Assembly (NCBI GenBank): GCA_026025075.1
Contig: JAPEUI010000036.1
Location: forward strand, 1 to 64,000
DNA from: Vezdaea acicularis
Taxonomy: Eukaryota
Direction of reading: 5' to 3'
DNA: 64,000 bases
Shown here: positions 13,797-26,238 of the stretch, one piece after another
Position numbering within the stretch: the stretch's first letter is position 1
Layout of the letters: every line of letters begins with the position of its first letter
Notes under the pieces: generated by a model
Told to the model about the DNA's origin: nothing
Databases searched by the model: none
The model's input: the letters and a program-made list of their open reading frames with translations, nothing else
Made by a program: the position numbers and the translations under genes

Positions 13797-16141
13797 TTTT
13801 TCGAAGGCGGAATATGTCCTCTGAAGGGCACAACTGAGGAACAGGGAAAGTTGAGTTCTCGTAAACCGTACCGAGCTCTATTTTGTGGCTGTCGATATGA
13901 GCGCAGGCAGCGAATTGGCGTGCGTCAGAAAGCTTATCGATAGATCAAGCGAGGGTGGCCAGGGTCCGCCGCTACCAAGCCCTTAGGCCATACACGTCTC
14001 CCAAATACTACCCTCATGTATCTTTTGTAGGGCGGCGATATAAGAATACTCATTAAGTGCCCCACCATTGGTAGTTTTGTTTTTCTGGCTTCAAGAGACT
14101 TCATTTCGGTCCAAGTCGTGCCCCAGGGCGCCAAATATCTACAAGGAATCGTCTCGGCATCTAATGCACATCTACAAGGATTGATGAGCTGCCAAGTCTC
14201 CGACAGCGTGGCTGAGCCACGACTTGAGCCAGTTTTACGCGTCAGCGAAAGGAGGAAGAGAGCATTCGCTTTTCAGATTAACCGAGCGTGAATAGTTTCG
14301 AACATGAATCTCAGTAACTTACGAGAGCATCGATGTCTAATAGCAATCACCAGCTCTGCACGGGGATACCACATAGCCGCCGGACATGCGTCAGTCACGT
14401 CACCAACACATCAAGGGTTCAACCCTTCGCAGGCACATGACTGCCTCTCGAAACGATTGAGAATGGGATTCTTCATAAGTATGGCATTCGAGATTTCTCG
14501 ATTGTTACAGAGCCGGTTTCGAAAAGTCTCCGCGGCATCGACAAGTAAGCAATGTAAGCATACGGGCTAGCAACCAAGCAATCTCCTTAAGCGGTTACCC
14601 AAGACACCGGGTTCGTACCCAGAGTTCGCGCAGGAATTCCATCCCTAAGATTGACAATCTCCTTGTTCATACCATCGTTCGTGGAAGCCAACACCCAATC
14701 GCAAGCGCCGTTTGCCGAGTCGCATCTACCAGCCCGCGGCGGCGCCCCCATGGGATCGGTCGAGTGAGGTCAACAGCGCCAGAGCCTGATGCGATCCTTG
14801 TCCGTCCTCTACCAGGATGCTGATTCGCCTCGCCTCGCTCGCTCCAAACACGGCCGTTGTCCATGCCGTTTCGCGCGAGTGCGCAGCCACATGCGAACTC
14901 GACCCCAAGCCTCCTGGTGTCCTTGTCCAAGGAGTCCATCGAGGAGGAAGCAGGTCGTGCAACGCAGGGCGGATGGAGGATGGAGACTGTTTCTGCTCCT
15001 CAAGGGGCACTTGCGGCTAATTGGCTCACGGGCCAGAGGGTTACCGCTTTGAGACGGGAAACACCGACGCCGTCCGGAATGCTCTTTCCCGAAATGCGGA
15101 ATGCGAGCAGGGGGTAGCCCGTTCGGGCAATGTGGCGCCGCCGCGGCCAGGATGGGGTCTAGCGCATCTCCTCACACGGGAAAATCGTCGTTCGTCGTTG
15201 CCAAAGACGGGGGGGGGGCCCAGGCCGATGACTGCAGCAACGATCTGCCATCATCGAGCGTTTCGCTTTTCTCCGATGCGACAAGAACAGACCGCGCCGC
15301 CCTCTCCCACGGCTCCTTCGAAGGAGACGGTCAAGCACGACGCGTTGCCTCCAGCTGCCCGCATCGGTGCTGGATGAGTTCGTGGGGTGATCGCTCCTTC
15401 CCCGCTTAACCGTTGCGACGGCCGCAGCGGCAGCGTCGCACCTGGCGCGCATCGAAGTCGATGACGTTGAGATCAGGGTTTATGCCGCAGCACAAGGGGC
15501 TGGGCGTTATTGGCAGGAGGTCAGCAGCATCCAGCATCCAGCATCCAGCACCTCGCACCTCGCGGGGGGCCCCTTCCGAACCAGCGCAGAGCGTCGCCCA
15601 TGCGATGCAGGGTGCCGCGCTGGACGGACGCTGGATGGGCGCTGGGTGAGGAAAGGCCGGCGAACTGCTGGCCAGCGTCGCCTTTGCGTTTTGGCTGATT
15701 TAGCTGCCCGATGGGACCAGCCTCGATCGGCCAATCACCGCCGACTGATTTGTCGCATCTCGCCCGCGCGATCTTGTCTCTCCACTTGGCGCCAACCGTC
15801 CTGGGCCCTAGCCCGGCCCTAACGGCTTGAGCTAGTTCGTCCTCGGCGCGGCAGCCCTCCGGCGCGGTGAATGCTCCATTTCATTTCATCGCAGCTCGAC
15901 TTCTGCCCGGTCGACCGTTTCTCCCCTCCCCCTCGCGGTTAGTGATGCAGGGCCCACCCTCCATGTTTGCGGCGCGCCCTTTAAGAAGCTGGGCTCTCCC
16001 TCCCGCCCTCCCTTCCTCGTTCCGCCTCAGCTCCATACCTCACCTCAACCTTAAATCCTCAGACCTCGAATTGGTGCTCTAGCTCCAGTCGGATTGCTCG
16101 TTCGTCGATCTCAACACACAGTCCTCGAAGAAGCACCTAAC

Positions 16142-17270
16142 ATGCATATCAAAGCGTTCGCTGTGGCCGCCTTGGCCGGCGCTGCTGTTGCTCAGCAGGG
16201 GAATACGTCGCTGTGCGACAAGTATACCCTCGCAGCACTCAAGAACAACACGGCTGAGAACCAATTGACGCTCTTGACCCTCCTCGTCAACACCGCCGTC
16301 ATTGGCAACTACTCCAACGCCAGCTTGCCTGGTTTCGCGGTGCCAGGTATCCTCGCGAACGGCACCTACAACGGCACCAAGGTCAACCTTCTGCCATACT
16401 TCAATGGCGGTTTGGCGTCAAGCAACCGTGGAGGACAGGCCGTAGCGGTCAACTTCCTTGATGATGGTGGTGCGGTCCCATTGATGTTGAACAAGCCTGC
16501 CAACGGAACCAGCTCCAACCAATAGTGAGTTTGGCTCGAATGCTGAAAGGAAGCACGGTTGCTAACTGCTGCAGTAAACTCCTCACTCACTTGTACGAGT
16601 ACTTCGGTATGCTTCTCGGCTGCAGCCTGCAAAGCAATACCACTGCGTTCAAGCAGTACTCTGGAGGCGCTTCTCAATACAGCATCCATCAGTAAGTCCC
16701 AACGAGCAAATACCATGTATCGACATGCATACTAATTGGAGATAGATACATGGACCTCGACGTGTATCAAGTCAGCTACTTCATTGAGCAGGTTGCGCTT
16801 GCCGGTGCCTCCTTCGGTGTGACCCAAGAGGATCTTTTGGCTGTTGGCACCACCCTCGGCAAGGCCTTCAACTACAAGTGCTCTCCACCAGCTGCGATCA
16901 TTCCATACCAGGGTGCACAGGAACAGTCCATCTGCGTAGCGGACTCGTGCCCAGAGGCTGCCAATGCTTCCTGCCCAGCCAACCCCGCCATTAAGCCGTA
17001 AGTCTCGAGTTGCGTGCTCTTGCTAGCATGATTTACTAACAGATCCGCAGAGGTGTTGCCAATGCCACTTTAGCTCAGGGTGAAGGAAACTCGTCAAACA
17101 CTGCCACTGCAAGCGCTAGCAATGGCGGCGCTTCATCAACCGGTAGTGCAAGTTCATCCGCGGGCACCGCTGCTGCTTCTTCCAGCACAAGCAAGGGAGG
17201 CGCTGCTGTCCAGACTCTTGGCCCTGTTGCGGCTCTCGCTGGTGCTGCTGCCCTTGTTTTCGCCCTATAA
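16142..17270 (+). CDS. Secreted, probably GPI-anchored glycoprotein with truncated-globin-like core; exons 16142-16524, 16575-16691, 16746-16997, 17051-17270
   Basis: Signal peptide MHIKAFAVAALAGAAVA; three canonical introns with CTAAY branch points; many N-x-S/T sequons; Ser/Thr/Ala stalk and hydrophobic tail TLGPVAALAGAAALVFAL*. The gene model is firm; the globin assignment is inference. Confidence 0.88.
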
Positions 17271-17916
17271 TGGGTTCATCTGTGGCGCGAGAGGGCTTCC
17301 ACCTTGCAACGTTGTTGGCTGGGAAGGATGACGGGTGGGAAGTTAAATCTCTTTGTAAATACCCTATAGTAGAGTTCTTAGCACAGACCTTATGTGTTAT
17401 CGACGGGTGGACGAAGCTTTCAATATCATCATCTGCTATACCCCTAAAGTATGTACCTACTTCAGATTGACGCACAAAGTGATACGCGATCTATACTCTA
17501 CCCTGGTAATGCTCCTGCCATTTACGGCGTTTCCCACCATGTCGTGACACCGCAAGTTGATCGCCATGCTTGCATCACATCAGGCGAGCACAAAATAATC
17601 GCGATTGCAGTACATAAAACACGTTGCAGCGATCTCTCGATCAAACCTTGCCTCTTGAACACAAACGACCTTCTTCGCTCCTATAGCTCCAGCCCTAGCT
17701 TTTCTCGCCGCCAGTTCAACCATTGGAAAATACTTCAGCACTCGTGGACCCTTCCAGATCCTCACAGAAATTAATACAAAAAACGTTCGACTGTAAGGCC
17801 TCGTTTCCCCGCGATCGGATCGCCTGCAGGTCCCTGCAGCCACTCAGAAGCCACTCAGAAGCCACCAGCTGAGTACGACACCCGTGATTCGCGGTGGGAT
17901 CCCTGTCGCGACCAGG

Positions 17917-20900
17917 ATGCAAAATCCCAAAGGTAAAGGTCTCGACTTCGAAACGGCTGCGAAGAGACATGCGGCTCTGAGCACCTCTCTTGAAGGTTAC
18001 CGTAAAGCCATCGAATTCCTTGTCAAGGTTGGTGGCACCAATCCCCATAGCTCGAATCTCGAAAAGCGTTATCCACTAGAGTATCGGGGGTTTGAGCCGT
18101 TCGCGGAAGACCCACGGCCCACGAGAATTGCTCCATGGGAGGACTACCCCGACTACCATTTCATCCCCATCATCAATGATGGGCGCGAGGGCAAGAAGGC
18201 ATTCGTCACTTTTGAGTCCATCCCCGATGACCTGTCAGAGTCTGAAGAATTGCCGCAATCGAGCGAACCAGCTCTCAAGGCTCCAATTGGACCAGAAGCA
18301 GGAGCCGTGGGCACCAGCAGCCTGGTGACAGAATTCATATCCGACCCTTTGACCTTTGATCCAGCCAGTATTGCGAGCACTCCGTTGGCTGAAAGGCCCA
18401 GTGTATTGGAGGCATTCCTTGCTGAGCGGTTCAAAGAATTACGTGCACAAGGGCACCCAGCAGCCGCCGATGATTCGGAACAGGAGGCGTCAGAGATCTG
18501 CAACTCTTCCGTGGCATCTGAGTACACGGAGTTTCCAGTCCCGCTCTGGGGCCTATGCATGGGTTTCCATAACCGGGATTATCAAGATATGGACAGAATT
18601 GAGATGGCAGAGGGGGAGAAGTCTGACGACGTGTTCAAAGAGGGCGTAGCCATGCAGACTGTCTTGATGGTGCTCAAAACTCGGCTTAATCGGCCTATTT
18701 TGATCAATAAGAAGAATTTGGAACATACACTTTTGATCACGAAAAGGCTCCTTAACCTTGCTTGGAAGGATCGTGAAGTACGGTACGTGGGGGGCTTGGG
18801 AACGCTTCGAGATGAATACCAACCATCATTCTGGTTTTTTGCTAACTTCATACCTTCCTCCAGCCAATCCCTTGGTCTATCATTCGATCTGTGGTTGAAT
18901 TTTGAAGAAAGTATTGATGCTGCAACTTCAGCTCTTACGAGGCAATCCATTCGTCCGGAAGGACAGAGCGTAGAGGAGCTTAGTGAACTCTATACTAACA
19001 TTTTGTGGGTAAAGGATGTTTGTATTATAAACCGGCACATGCTTGTTATGAATAGAAGGGCACAAAACCTTGCGGCTCAGAGTTCATACACATATATGCT
19101 GTTGACATTGATCCAACTGTGTGTTAAAGTCCTGTCTCGTGGGGACTTTGTGGGAAAGCTAACACCTGAGGCGGAGGAGAAGTGGCACTTGATTATTGCA
19201 GAATGTGAGTTTTAAAGGATGGCTGTTGCGTCACGTCCGCTACTGCATGGATTGAAGCGGGCTAATTATGTGGTGTCAGACAAGAAACTTCTCGTGATAT
19301 GTCTCCAAGTCCTCAACAATTCAGTAGTCAACAACGAACGTCGTTTACTGCTGTTGTGGCTCGAGCTTTTTTCAAAGTCGGACTCTGTTGATGAAGACTT
19401 CATCCCTTCTCACGCAATGCGTTACCTAGAAGCCGAGTACGAGCCCGAGATCGTGGCTGCCATTTTCACAAAACTTGGTATCGAGGATGAAGAGGGAGAC
19501 AAGGAGGATGGGCTTGATCCAGAGAAAGCAGAAAAAGCCAAAATGGAAATCCCAAGTCTCGGTGCTCCACGAGGCTTTATTGCATCAAGGAGAATGCAGT
19601 ATTACGGAAGCGAAGAAGAATGGGCTGCTCGTAGAGATAACGCTGACTCGGAGGATCTTCGAAAATACACTCCAACTGCAGCATCTAAACACCTTCAAAT
19701 TTTCTATAATCGTCTTCTCACAGAGATGATAGAGAAGGACCCTGAGTTTCAAGTTATTAGCAAAGCGCCTGATGGAACTCTTGATGGACCCTCTTCGGGC
19801 CCTTCAAAAGAGCAAACAGAAGAACGCGACTATGGATCTTCTGGGCCCGAGTTTGAGGGGAGCACCGCGCCCCCCGAATCGTCTCAGGAAGATGATGAGT
19901 CCAATTATGCGGATGGTGGTGTGCTTACTGAGGTCGCTCTACATCTTTCTCCAGGCCAGATGGATGCACTAATGGTCATGATTAACGCTGGCGTCCGCGA
20001 GCAGACGGGTCACGTCCGCGATGAGAATGCTCCAAGCCTAGGTGAAGTGCGATGTAACATGCTGCTAGCCTACAAGAATGGCCGAAACCTCCTGCGTGAG
20101 CTATTGATCTTTATGGCCGTGTGGCCAATCGAAGAGGAGCATATGTATTTTAAATTGTTGATGAACATCGTCAACTCTATTTTAGACAACGGGTTGGTTC
20201 CTTTCGCGTACGATGCATTGGCACAGTAAGTCTCAGATACACCTACACTACTTGGGAGATCGCCGAAGTATCGCACCGCTCTTTATGATGAAGGCAGTAC
20301 CATACTTTGACATAACTCCAAGTACAAAACAAGCTCATTTAAGTTGCTGACGACTTTCACTCTCATAGCCCCAAGGAAATCATCTCTGTGCCACAGACTC
20401 AACTCATCAGCCTACTGACTCACATCTACGAAGCTCCCTACAAATCTGGTGCTGGAAGCAACAAGCAACGGACCACCGTACCAAAGGAGACACCCCCCTC
20501 TTCGACCGAAATCCCGGCTCCTGCAGTAAGTTCCACGGCTCCTTCTCAGCCCCCAGCCATCCTCGTACGTTTTCTCTTCCGCACCTTCCGTATTACCGTC
20601 GCCTCCCACATTGGCGCGATTCTTGCTCTTCAACACCAGTCACGCTCTGGCGTCTTTTCTACCAAGCCGATCGACTCTGTTATCGCTGCTACAGCCGCCG
20701 ACCCTACGTCTGACAGCCTTCCTGACAACTTTCCGATTACGTGGTGGGATATGGAGCGTCTCCATGACGGCCTCACAGCCTACCTTGCCTTCTTCGAATC
20801 CCTAGCTCGAATCTCCGCTTGGAAAGACTTGTTACTGGAATGTGACATTGTCTATGAGATCTGTGTCCTACTAAAAGGCCTTGTCACCCTTGACTTTCCC

Positions 20901-21353
20901 GGCCGAGCCGCTGTCGACGAAAAGCGTGCCCACGAGAAAGCCGTCGCTCACCACAAAGCACCTATCCCTAAAGCTTCTTCCACCTCTCAACAGTCCTCGT
21001 CTCGCGCCTCTTCGCCACCCCAACCAACAGCGCCCCACCACGCCGCCTTCTTCCCTTGGCCCAAAACAAAATCTGCGCTTCTGTCCCTCCTGGCGTTCAT
21101 GGTCGAGCGCTCGACCGATGCACAGGACAAAGCGCGGCAGTGGGGAGGGGTCGAAGCAGTAATGTGGTGCGCGGCACGCGGGAATCGTGTCGGTACGGGG
21201 GGGTATGAGGACGGGGAGGATTATCTCAGAGAATACGCCATTGTAGCGGTGAGAAAGTTGTGTGAGGGAAATCCTAAAAATACAGAGACGGTAAGGGGTG
21301 GGCTAGGTGCGAAGGGAGATTGGAGTGGGGAAAGGGAGAAAGAAGTGGAGTAG
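17917..21353 (+). CDS. Ataxin-10 / Ctr86-like ARM-repeat protein; exons 17917-19204, 19280-20225, 20369-21353
   Basis: Three long ORFs joined in frame by two introns; C-terminal FPWPKTKSALLSLLAFM..QDKARQWGGVEAVMWC..YLREYAIVAVRKLCEGNPKN resembles the Atx10 homology domain. Confidence 0.8.
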
Positions 21354-21542
21354 GGTGGAGATACATACACAGATGTGGTTATGTGGAGTTTACGTTACGC
21401 ATATTTTGTGGAGTTCAAGGTTATTTCAGGTGTGGAACCCGCCTTGACACATGATCTTGATGCATATAATGGGCATTCCCCCGTCCACTTCCGAATCAAA
21501 GTAGTCCCTGGCCTCGTTCTCAATTGATCGGTGGTCGCTGAA

Positions 21543-21549
21543 TATAAAA
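21543..21549 (+). promoter_or_regulatory. Candidate TATA box upstream of the secreted-protein gene
   Basis: TATAAAA followed by a pyrimidine-rich stretch, about 180 nt before ATG 21729. Confidence 0.5.
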
Positions 21550-21728
21550 AACAACCATCCCCCCGTATCCTCGCCTCTCTCTTATTTTACCAGTTTAACT
21601 TGACAATCTCGCACTCACAGTTCACAGTATATCAAAGCTGCTTGAATATATCCAGCAGTCCACGGTATAAGGACGACCTCCACGAACAATAGAATCTCAC
21701 ATAACCACCTCAGACCACCAGCGCAAAA

Positions 21729-22424
21729 ATGCCCAGAATCCTCTCCGTCCTCGCCGCAACCTGTCTCATCATGACGGCGTGCGGTCTACCGATCAATTTC
21801 GAACCCAACGAAGGGGCCAGTATCTTCACCATCGACATCGTACCCTTCCCCACCATCGCGCCTTACCACCACTTCAAAACCGATACCGCTCATCCAACCC
21901 ACAGCTACAGCCACACCCACTACCCGACCACTTCCACTTCAACTGAGCTTGCCCTCCCCACCCTCCCGAAGCCAAACGTCCCGGCACTAGCCAACCCTTA
22001 CCGCACTCCACACCAGGAACTCGTCGCCAAGCTCAACGTCCGCTCCGCCTCGGAGCATGACGCCGACGAATTCCCCGCCCTCCCGCCTCATACCGTGCCA
22101 GACGTGCATCTCCCGACCCGCGTCCCGCCACCGGACTTCATCGCCGATCTCGTGGCGCCACAGACTTCCGTGTTGGCGAAACGATCGCAGGAAGTGCAGA
22201 TCGAGAGGGAGGGCAAGGGCGGGCGGTTGATGGAACAGCTCATCGTACCGCACATCCCGTTGATCGAGGATGGTACGGTGGGGAAAGAGGGTTTGGCGAA
22301 GAGGATGGGAAATTGGCTGTATCCGAGTCGAGTGGAGGAGCAGAGAGTTGGGGTCACGAGCCCGGAGGAGAAGCGGGAGGGGAAGGCGTGGTTGGTGCGG
22401 GTATGGCAGGGAGCTGCGCAGTAA
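21729..22424 (+). CDS. Hypothetical secreted Pro/His-rich protein with dibasic (KR) sites
   Basis: Intronless 231-aa ORF, AAAAATG start context, signal-peptide-like MPRILSVLAATCLIMTACGLP. Confidence 0.7.
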   Translation: MPRILSVLAATCLIMTACGLPINFEPNEGASIFTIDIVPFPTIAPYHHFKTDTAHPTHSYSHTHYPTTSTSTELALPTLPKPNVPALANPYRTPHQELVAKLNVRSASEHDADEFPALPPHTVPDVHLPTRVPPPDFIADLVAPQTSVLAKRSQEVQIEREGKGGRLMEQLIVPHIPLIEDGTVGKEGLAKRMGNWLYPSRVEEQRVGVTSPEEKREGKAWLVRVWQGAAQ

Positions 22425-22501
22425 AGTGAAGTAGCTGGAAGGCGCCAGAGGGTGATCTCGTCTGAGGGGTATCAATATTGTTGTTTTGGTGGAGTTCGCA
22501 A

Positions 22502-23371
22502 TTACACAGTCTGTCCCTTGCTCTTCGGCGGCATGACCGCCTTCAGCGCCTCCATAGCCTCCGTCCTCGCCCTCTCATTCCGCTCCCGAACCGCTTCAGC
22601 AAGATATTCCGGGACCTCACCCACCTCCCCCGCGCCACCCTTCACCAGTTCGCCGCATTGTTCCCACACCGGCACGACGCCCGTCCAGATACGCTTCTTC
22701 AGCTCGTCCCGCTCCAGATCTTTCTTCTCGTCTCCCGGCCCGCCCTTCCTCACCTTCCCACTACCAGCCACGATGCGCACGCGCAGCAGCGCCGTGGAGG
22801 CCAGCTCCGCGGCATCGGGGGGCGTGCGGCTGTTCTCCCAGCGCGAGGCGATCACGCCGTTCGTCACCAGTCGCATCGCATACAGCTTCTCGGCCTCGTC
22901 CGTCACGACTTCGCCGTAGCCTTGTAGCACGGCGGAGCTGTAATTGTAGGAATGCGTGTTGGGCGTCAAACTCAGAACGAGGCCGCTGACCTTCGTTGCG
23001 GAGATGGTCAGGGGGATCCCCTGAGGTTGTTCTTGTTCTTGTTCTTGTGGTTCTCCTTCGCTCTCGGCCGCGCTGCTGCCTTGTTTGCTTGTTCGCGCGA
23101 GGTTCATGATGCGGCTACTCACGTATCCGTGGAGGTAGCAATCTAGGGGTTCATCGAGAGTGGAGCTTGGGTAGTCAAAGGAGCCCATGACGCCAATCAT
23201 GGGGAGGGTGGCGGGAAAGGGCGAGTCGGGGACGAGAAAGGAGACATGGAGAACGGAGCATTCGTTGACGAGAGTATGGATGGGGAGGAGGTCGTAGGTG
23301 GCGCGGCTGGCATAACGACGGACTGTTGTCGCTGGGGTAGGAGGGTAGGTTAGGGTTCTAGCGGGCGGCAT
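22502..23371 (-). CDS. Pyridoxamine-5'-phosphate-oxidase-like (split-barrel, NimA-like) flavin-nucleotide-binding protein
   Basis: RRYASRATYD, VLHVSF, YLHGYVSSRIM, GLVLSLTPNTHSYNYSSAVLQG, SGKVRKGGP, IWTGVVP. Confidence 0.88.
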   Translation of the reverse strand: MPPARTLTYPPTPATTVRRYASRATYDLLPIHTLVNECSVLHVSFLVPDSPFPATLPMIGVMGSFDYPSSTLDEPLDCYLHGYVSSRIMNLARTSKQGSSAAESEGEPQEQEQEQPQGIPLTISATKVSGLVLSLTPNTHSYNYSSAVLQGYGEVVTDEAEKLYAMRLVTNGVIASRWENSRTPPDAAELASTALLRVRIVAGSGKVRKGGPGDEKKDLERDELKKRIWTGVVPVWEQCGELVKGGAGEVGEVPEYLAEAVRERNERARTEAMEALKAVMPPKSKGQTV

Positions 23372-23779
23372 TGCGGAGGGATCCTAGGTCAGAGCTGAAG
23401 TTCGTATGATATGGTTTCCCGTGACAGCTATCAGACGTCAGTCGCATCTGGCCGCGAAAGTACCAGAGAAAGGAAGATCACAGGTGGAATGAGGGAAGGG
23501 TCACAATCGCAGTTTATACAAATGACGCCTGTTGATTGAATCGTATCGAAAGGGCGTGAAGCTTGTCCGATCAAGCTTTAGCGCAGGATAGTGGGGTGGC
23601 GCTTATCTTATCGGGAGCACTTGTCCTAAGTGGGTGAGCGCAGGCGCAAGCGAGACCGCTAACCATTATCAATTCAGGTCTCCCGAATAACCATCATGAA
23701 TAAGTGTAGGCTAGATCTAAAGACCGCAGGTGATCTGATTCCAATCCATATAGGTATTCTGGATTCGACGGTCATATCT

Positions 23780-25260
23780 TCATCCAAATGTGATCGGCCT
23801 TTCAGTCAGGCTTTTAAAAACCTCGTCCAGTGCGTTTCTCTTCCTTTTCTTGCCTACCTCCAATATGCCCTTTGCCGCCTGTGCCTCTTTGAATTCCTCC
23901 TCATCCAGTACGGCTTCTTCTGGTGGTCTCGGCAGCCAGGCTCTAATCGTACCATCTGAATGCGAAGAGAACATCTGCACGTTATGAGCCCTCCACGCCA
24001 ATGTTGTGACTCGAGGCTTTGTCGTGCCCGCTCCTCTGGACGATGCGCTGACCGGTAAGGCTTTGAGACGTTTCAGAAGTTTGCCCTCAAATAGGTCGAA
24101 TCCGAGAATCTCTTTTGGATTGGGGAAGAACATGATGTCTTTTCCAGGCGTAACGATATCCTTAGGCACAAGGAGCGGCTGAAGCTGTGCGAGATGATAA
24201 TTCCTAACCACTGGTCCGAACGCTGTCAGAGTATTCGCGCCGACAGATGCATCCCAAACTCTTATCTTATAATCATGCCCTGTTGAGACGATGTGCCTGC
24301 CATCTTCAGTCCATACAAGGCCATTCACAGCTGCACTATGGGCTTTGCCCCGCCCTCTATGCCGCGCACCCGTTCCATACCCATCGTAGCCAACAACACC
24401 AACGCTATCCTCTACATCAAGAACGCCAATACCGCTAGCACTTTTTCGAATATCCCATAACCTTATCGTACAGTCCGCACCTGCGCTAGCTAGGATATGG
24501 CTCTCGTGGGGGCTCCAAGCCACGGTCAGGACAGCTTCACGATGCCCGGCGAGTATATGACTATTAGCACCGGATCGAAGGTCCACCAAACGTATGTTCG
24601 GGTGCTGCGTCGCGCATGCGACTAGGAGATGATCCGCAATAGGTGAAATTGCATGAGAATAAATGATGGACTCAAGGTTGAATGACCCGGAGGGTTTGAG
24701 GGTTTCAGTCGTATTGATCTTTAACGTGTGGTCGTAGGATGACGATAGGAACGTTTTATTATCGAACGGGTGGTACGATAGATGTGTAATGCCGAACTTG
24801 TGACCAGTTGCTCTGTGCGATAGTTAGCTACCGCCAGGTAAAGGGATTCGACGAGAACAATATGCGCTCACTTTGGTACAGACCCGGCACGAGTATACGT
24901 GTATTTCTTCGTCGTATTCTCCACACTCTCCAGATCCCAGAGGTGTATTGATGGGTCCGCTCCGCCGGAAAGCATACTACATGTTCGTAAGGATGGTTCC
25001 TGTCAGCTGTATTGAAGAACTTACAAACGACCCTCGAATTTATCAATGACCAGACTGTTCACACCAGCCTTATGTGCCCAAGCCTCTGGCTTTTGGGCTT
25101 CGCTCGCGCTCGTAAACACATCTTTGGTGGGTCTAGGAGCGCTATCAAAACGGACATTTGGAGCAGCTTGAAGTGCGTTCACGAGTCTCGAGGTATAACG
25201 CCTCGAGACGGTGTCTGGAGTCACTGATCCGAGGGATCGATTGAAGAGTAGGGAATTCAT
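23780..25260 (-). CDS. ERCC8: WD40 transcription-coupled repair protein CSA/ERCC8 (Rad28/Ckn1-like), multi-exon
   Basis: AHKAGVNSLVIDKFEGR, GHKFGIT..YHPFDNKTFLSSSYDHTLK, LVACATQHPNIRLVDLRSG..HILAGHREAVLTVAWSP. Confidence 0.85.
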
Positions 25261-25528
25261 GCGAACAGGCGCTCACGCGTCCCCTTCTGCATGATGAACA
25301 TCTAGAAAGCTAAAAAACTACAAAGGGTTTTCAAGTGTTTTTGAAAATAGATGTTCCAGCATAGTGCAATGACGTTGAGGTTGGAGCCTTGGCTCGGTTG
25401 AAACACTTGAACGATGAAGTTCTTCGGATGGGCTTAGGAAGCTATAAAAAGTTACCACAAAGTTAATCCTTACGCCCAGATCACGTCGATTCTTGAACGC
25501 ATTACCTACAGCTTGCTTAACTTTCATC

Positions 25529-26238
25529 ATGTCCAAGAAATCCAGAGTTGAACCTCCATTATCCCCAACGCTCGACACCACAGAATCTCCTCGAAAGCGA
25601 AAGCGCATCTCCACTGTCTACGATGCCGTTGCGGGTATGCTCATCTGACATCCCGCTCGCTCTAACATGACTTTTCCCATGGCCAGCCCTTGCGCTGACC
25701 GAAGTTATTTACTCACGTAATTTTCCCTTCTCCAGGCCGCGTGTCGACAAACGGCTTCCTCCCCTCTAAGCTTGATGCTGCTGCGACGCAGCACAGAACC
25801 ATTCCCTCCCTCCAACCTTCTGCCCCCGAAGCGATCTTGACCCGCCGACGTCACGCTCCTGAACGCTATGAAGAAGCCGATCCGTACTTCCCACCAGACC
25901 CCCCGGACAATACCCCTCTCCCCCCCAAAGATCTTCTTTCCGCGATCCACGCGTACACGAGCGATTTCTACGGATGGATGCTCCGAGACAGGGAGGGAAG
26001 GGACGTGGGTGGCGCGACCTGGAAGAGCCTGGATGAGACGGCGTTGATTGCATTGGGGGTGTTGATGGAAGAGTGGGGGAGGGAGGTGGGAAAGGAAGCT
26101 GCAGATGTTCTAGTGGAGGGAGTGGGGATGCATGAAGTGGAGAGGGGTGTCGTTGAGATTGGGCCGGGGAAGGTGAAGAGCGGTGAGACTAGGAGAAAGG
26201 ACGGGAGAGGGAGGTGGAAGGGAAAGCCGCAGATGTAA
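25529..26238 (+). CDS. RRN10: RNA polymerase I upstream activation factor subunit Rrn10-like (2 exons)
   Basis: Spliced STVYDAVA/GRVS; LPPKDLLSAIHAYTSDFY and KSLDETALIALGVLMEE resemble the UAF Rrn10 motifs (recalled, not searched). Confidence 0.62.

Noticed and set aside
14604..14625. GGGTTCGTACCC resembling a tRNA T-arm
   Set aside because: The stem does not extend to 5 bp and no acceptor, D or anticodon arms were found
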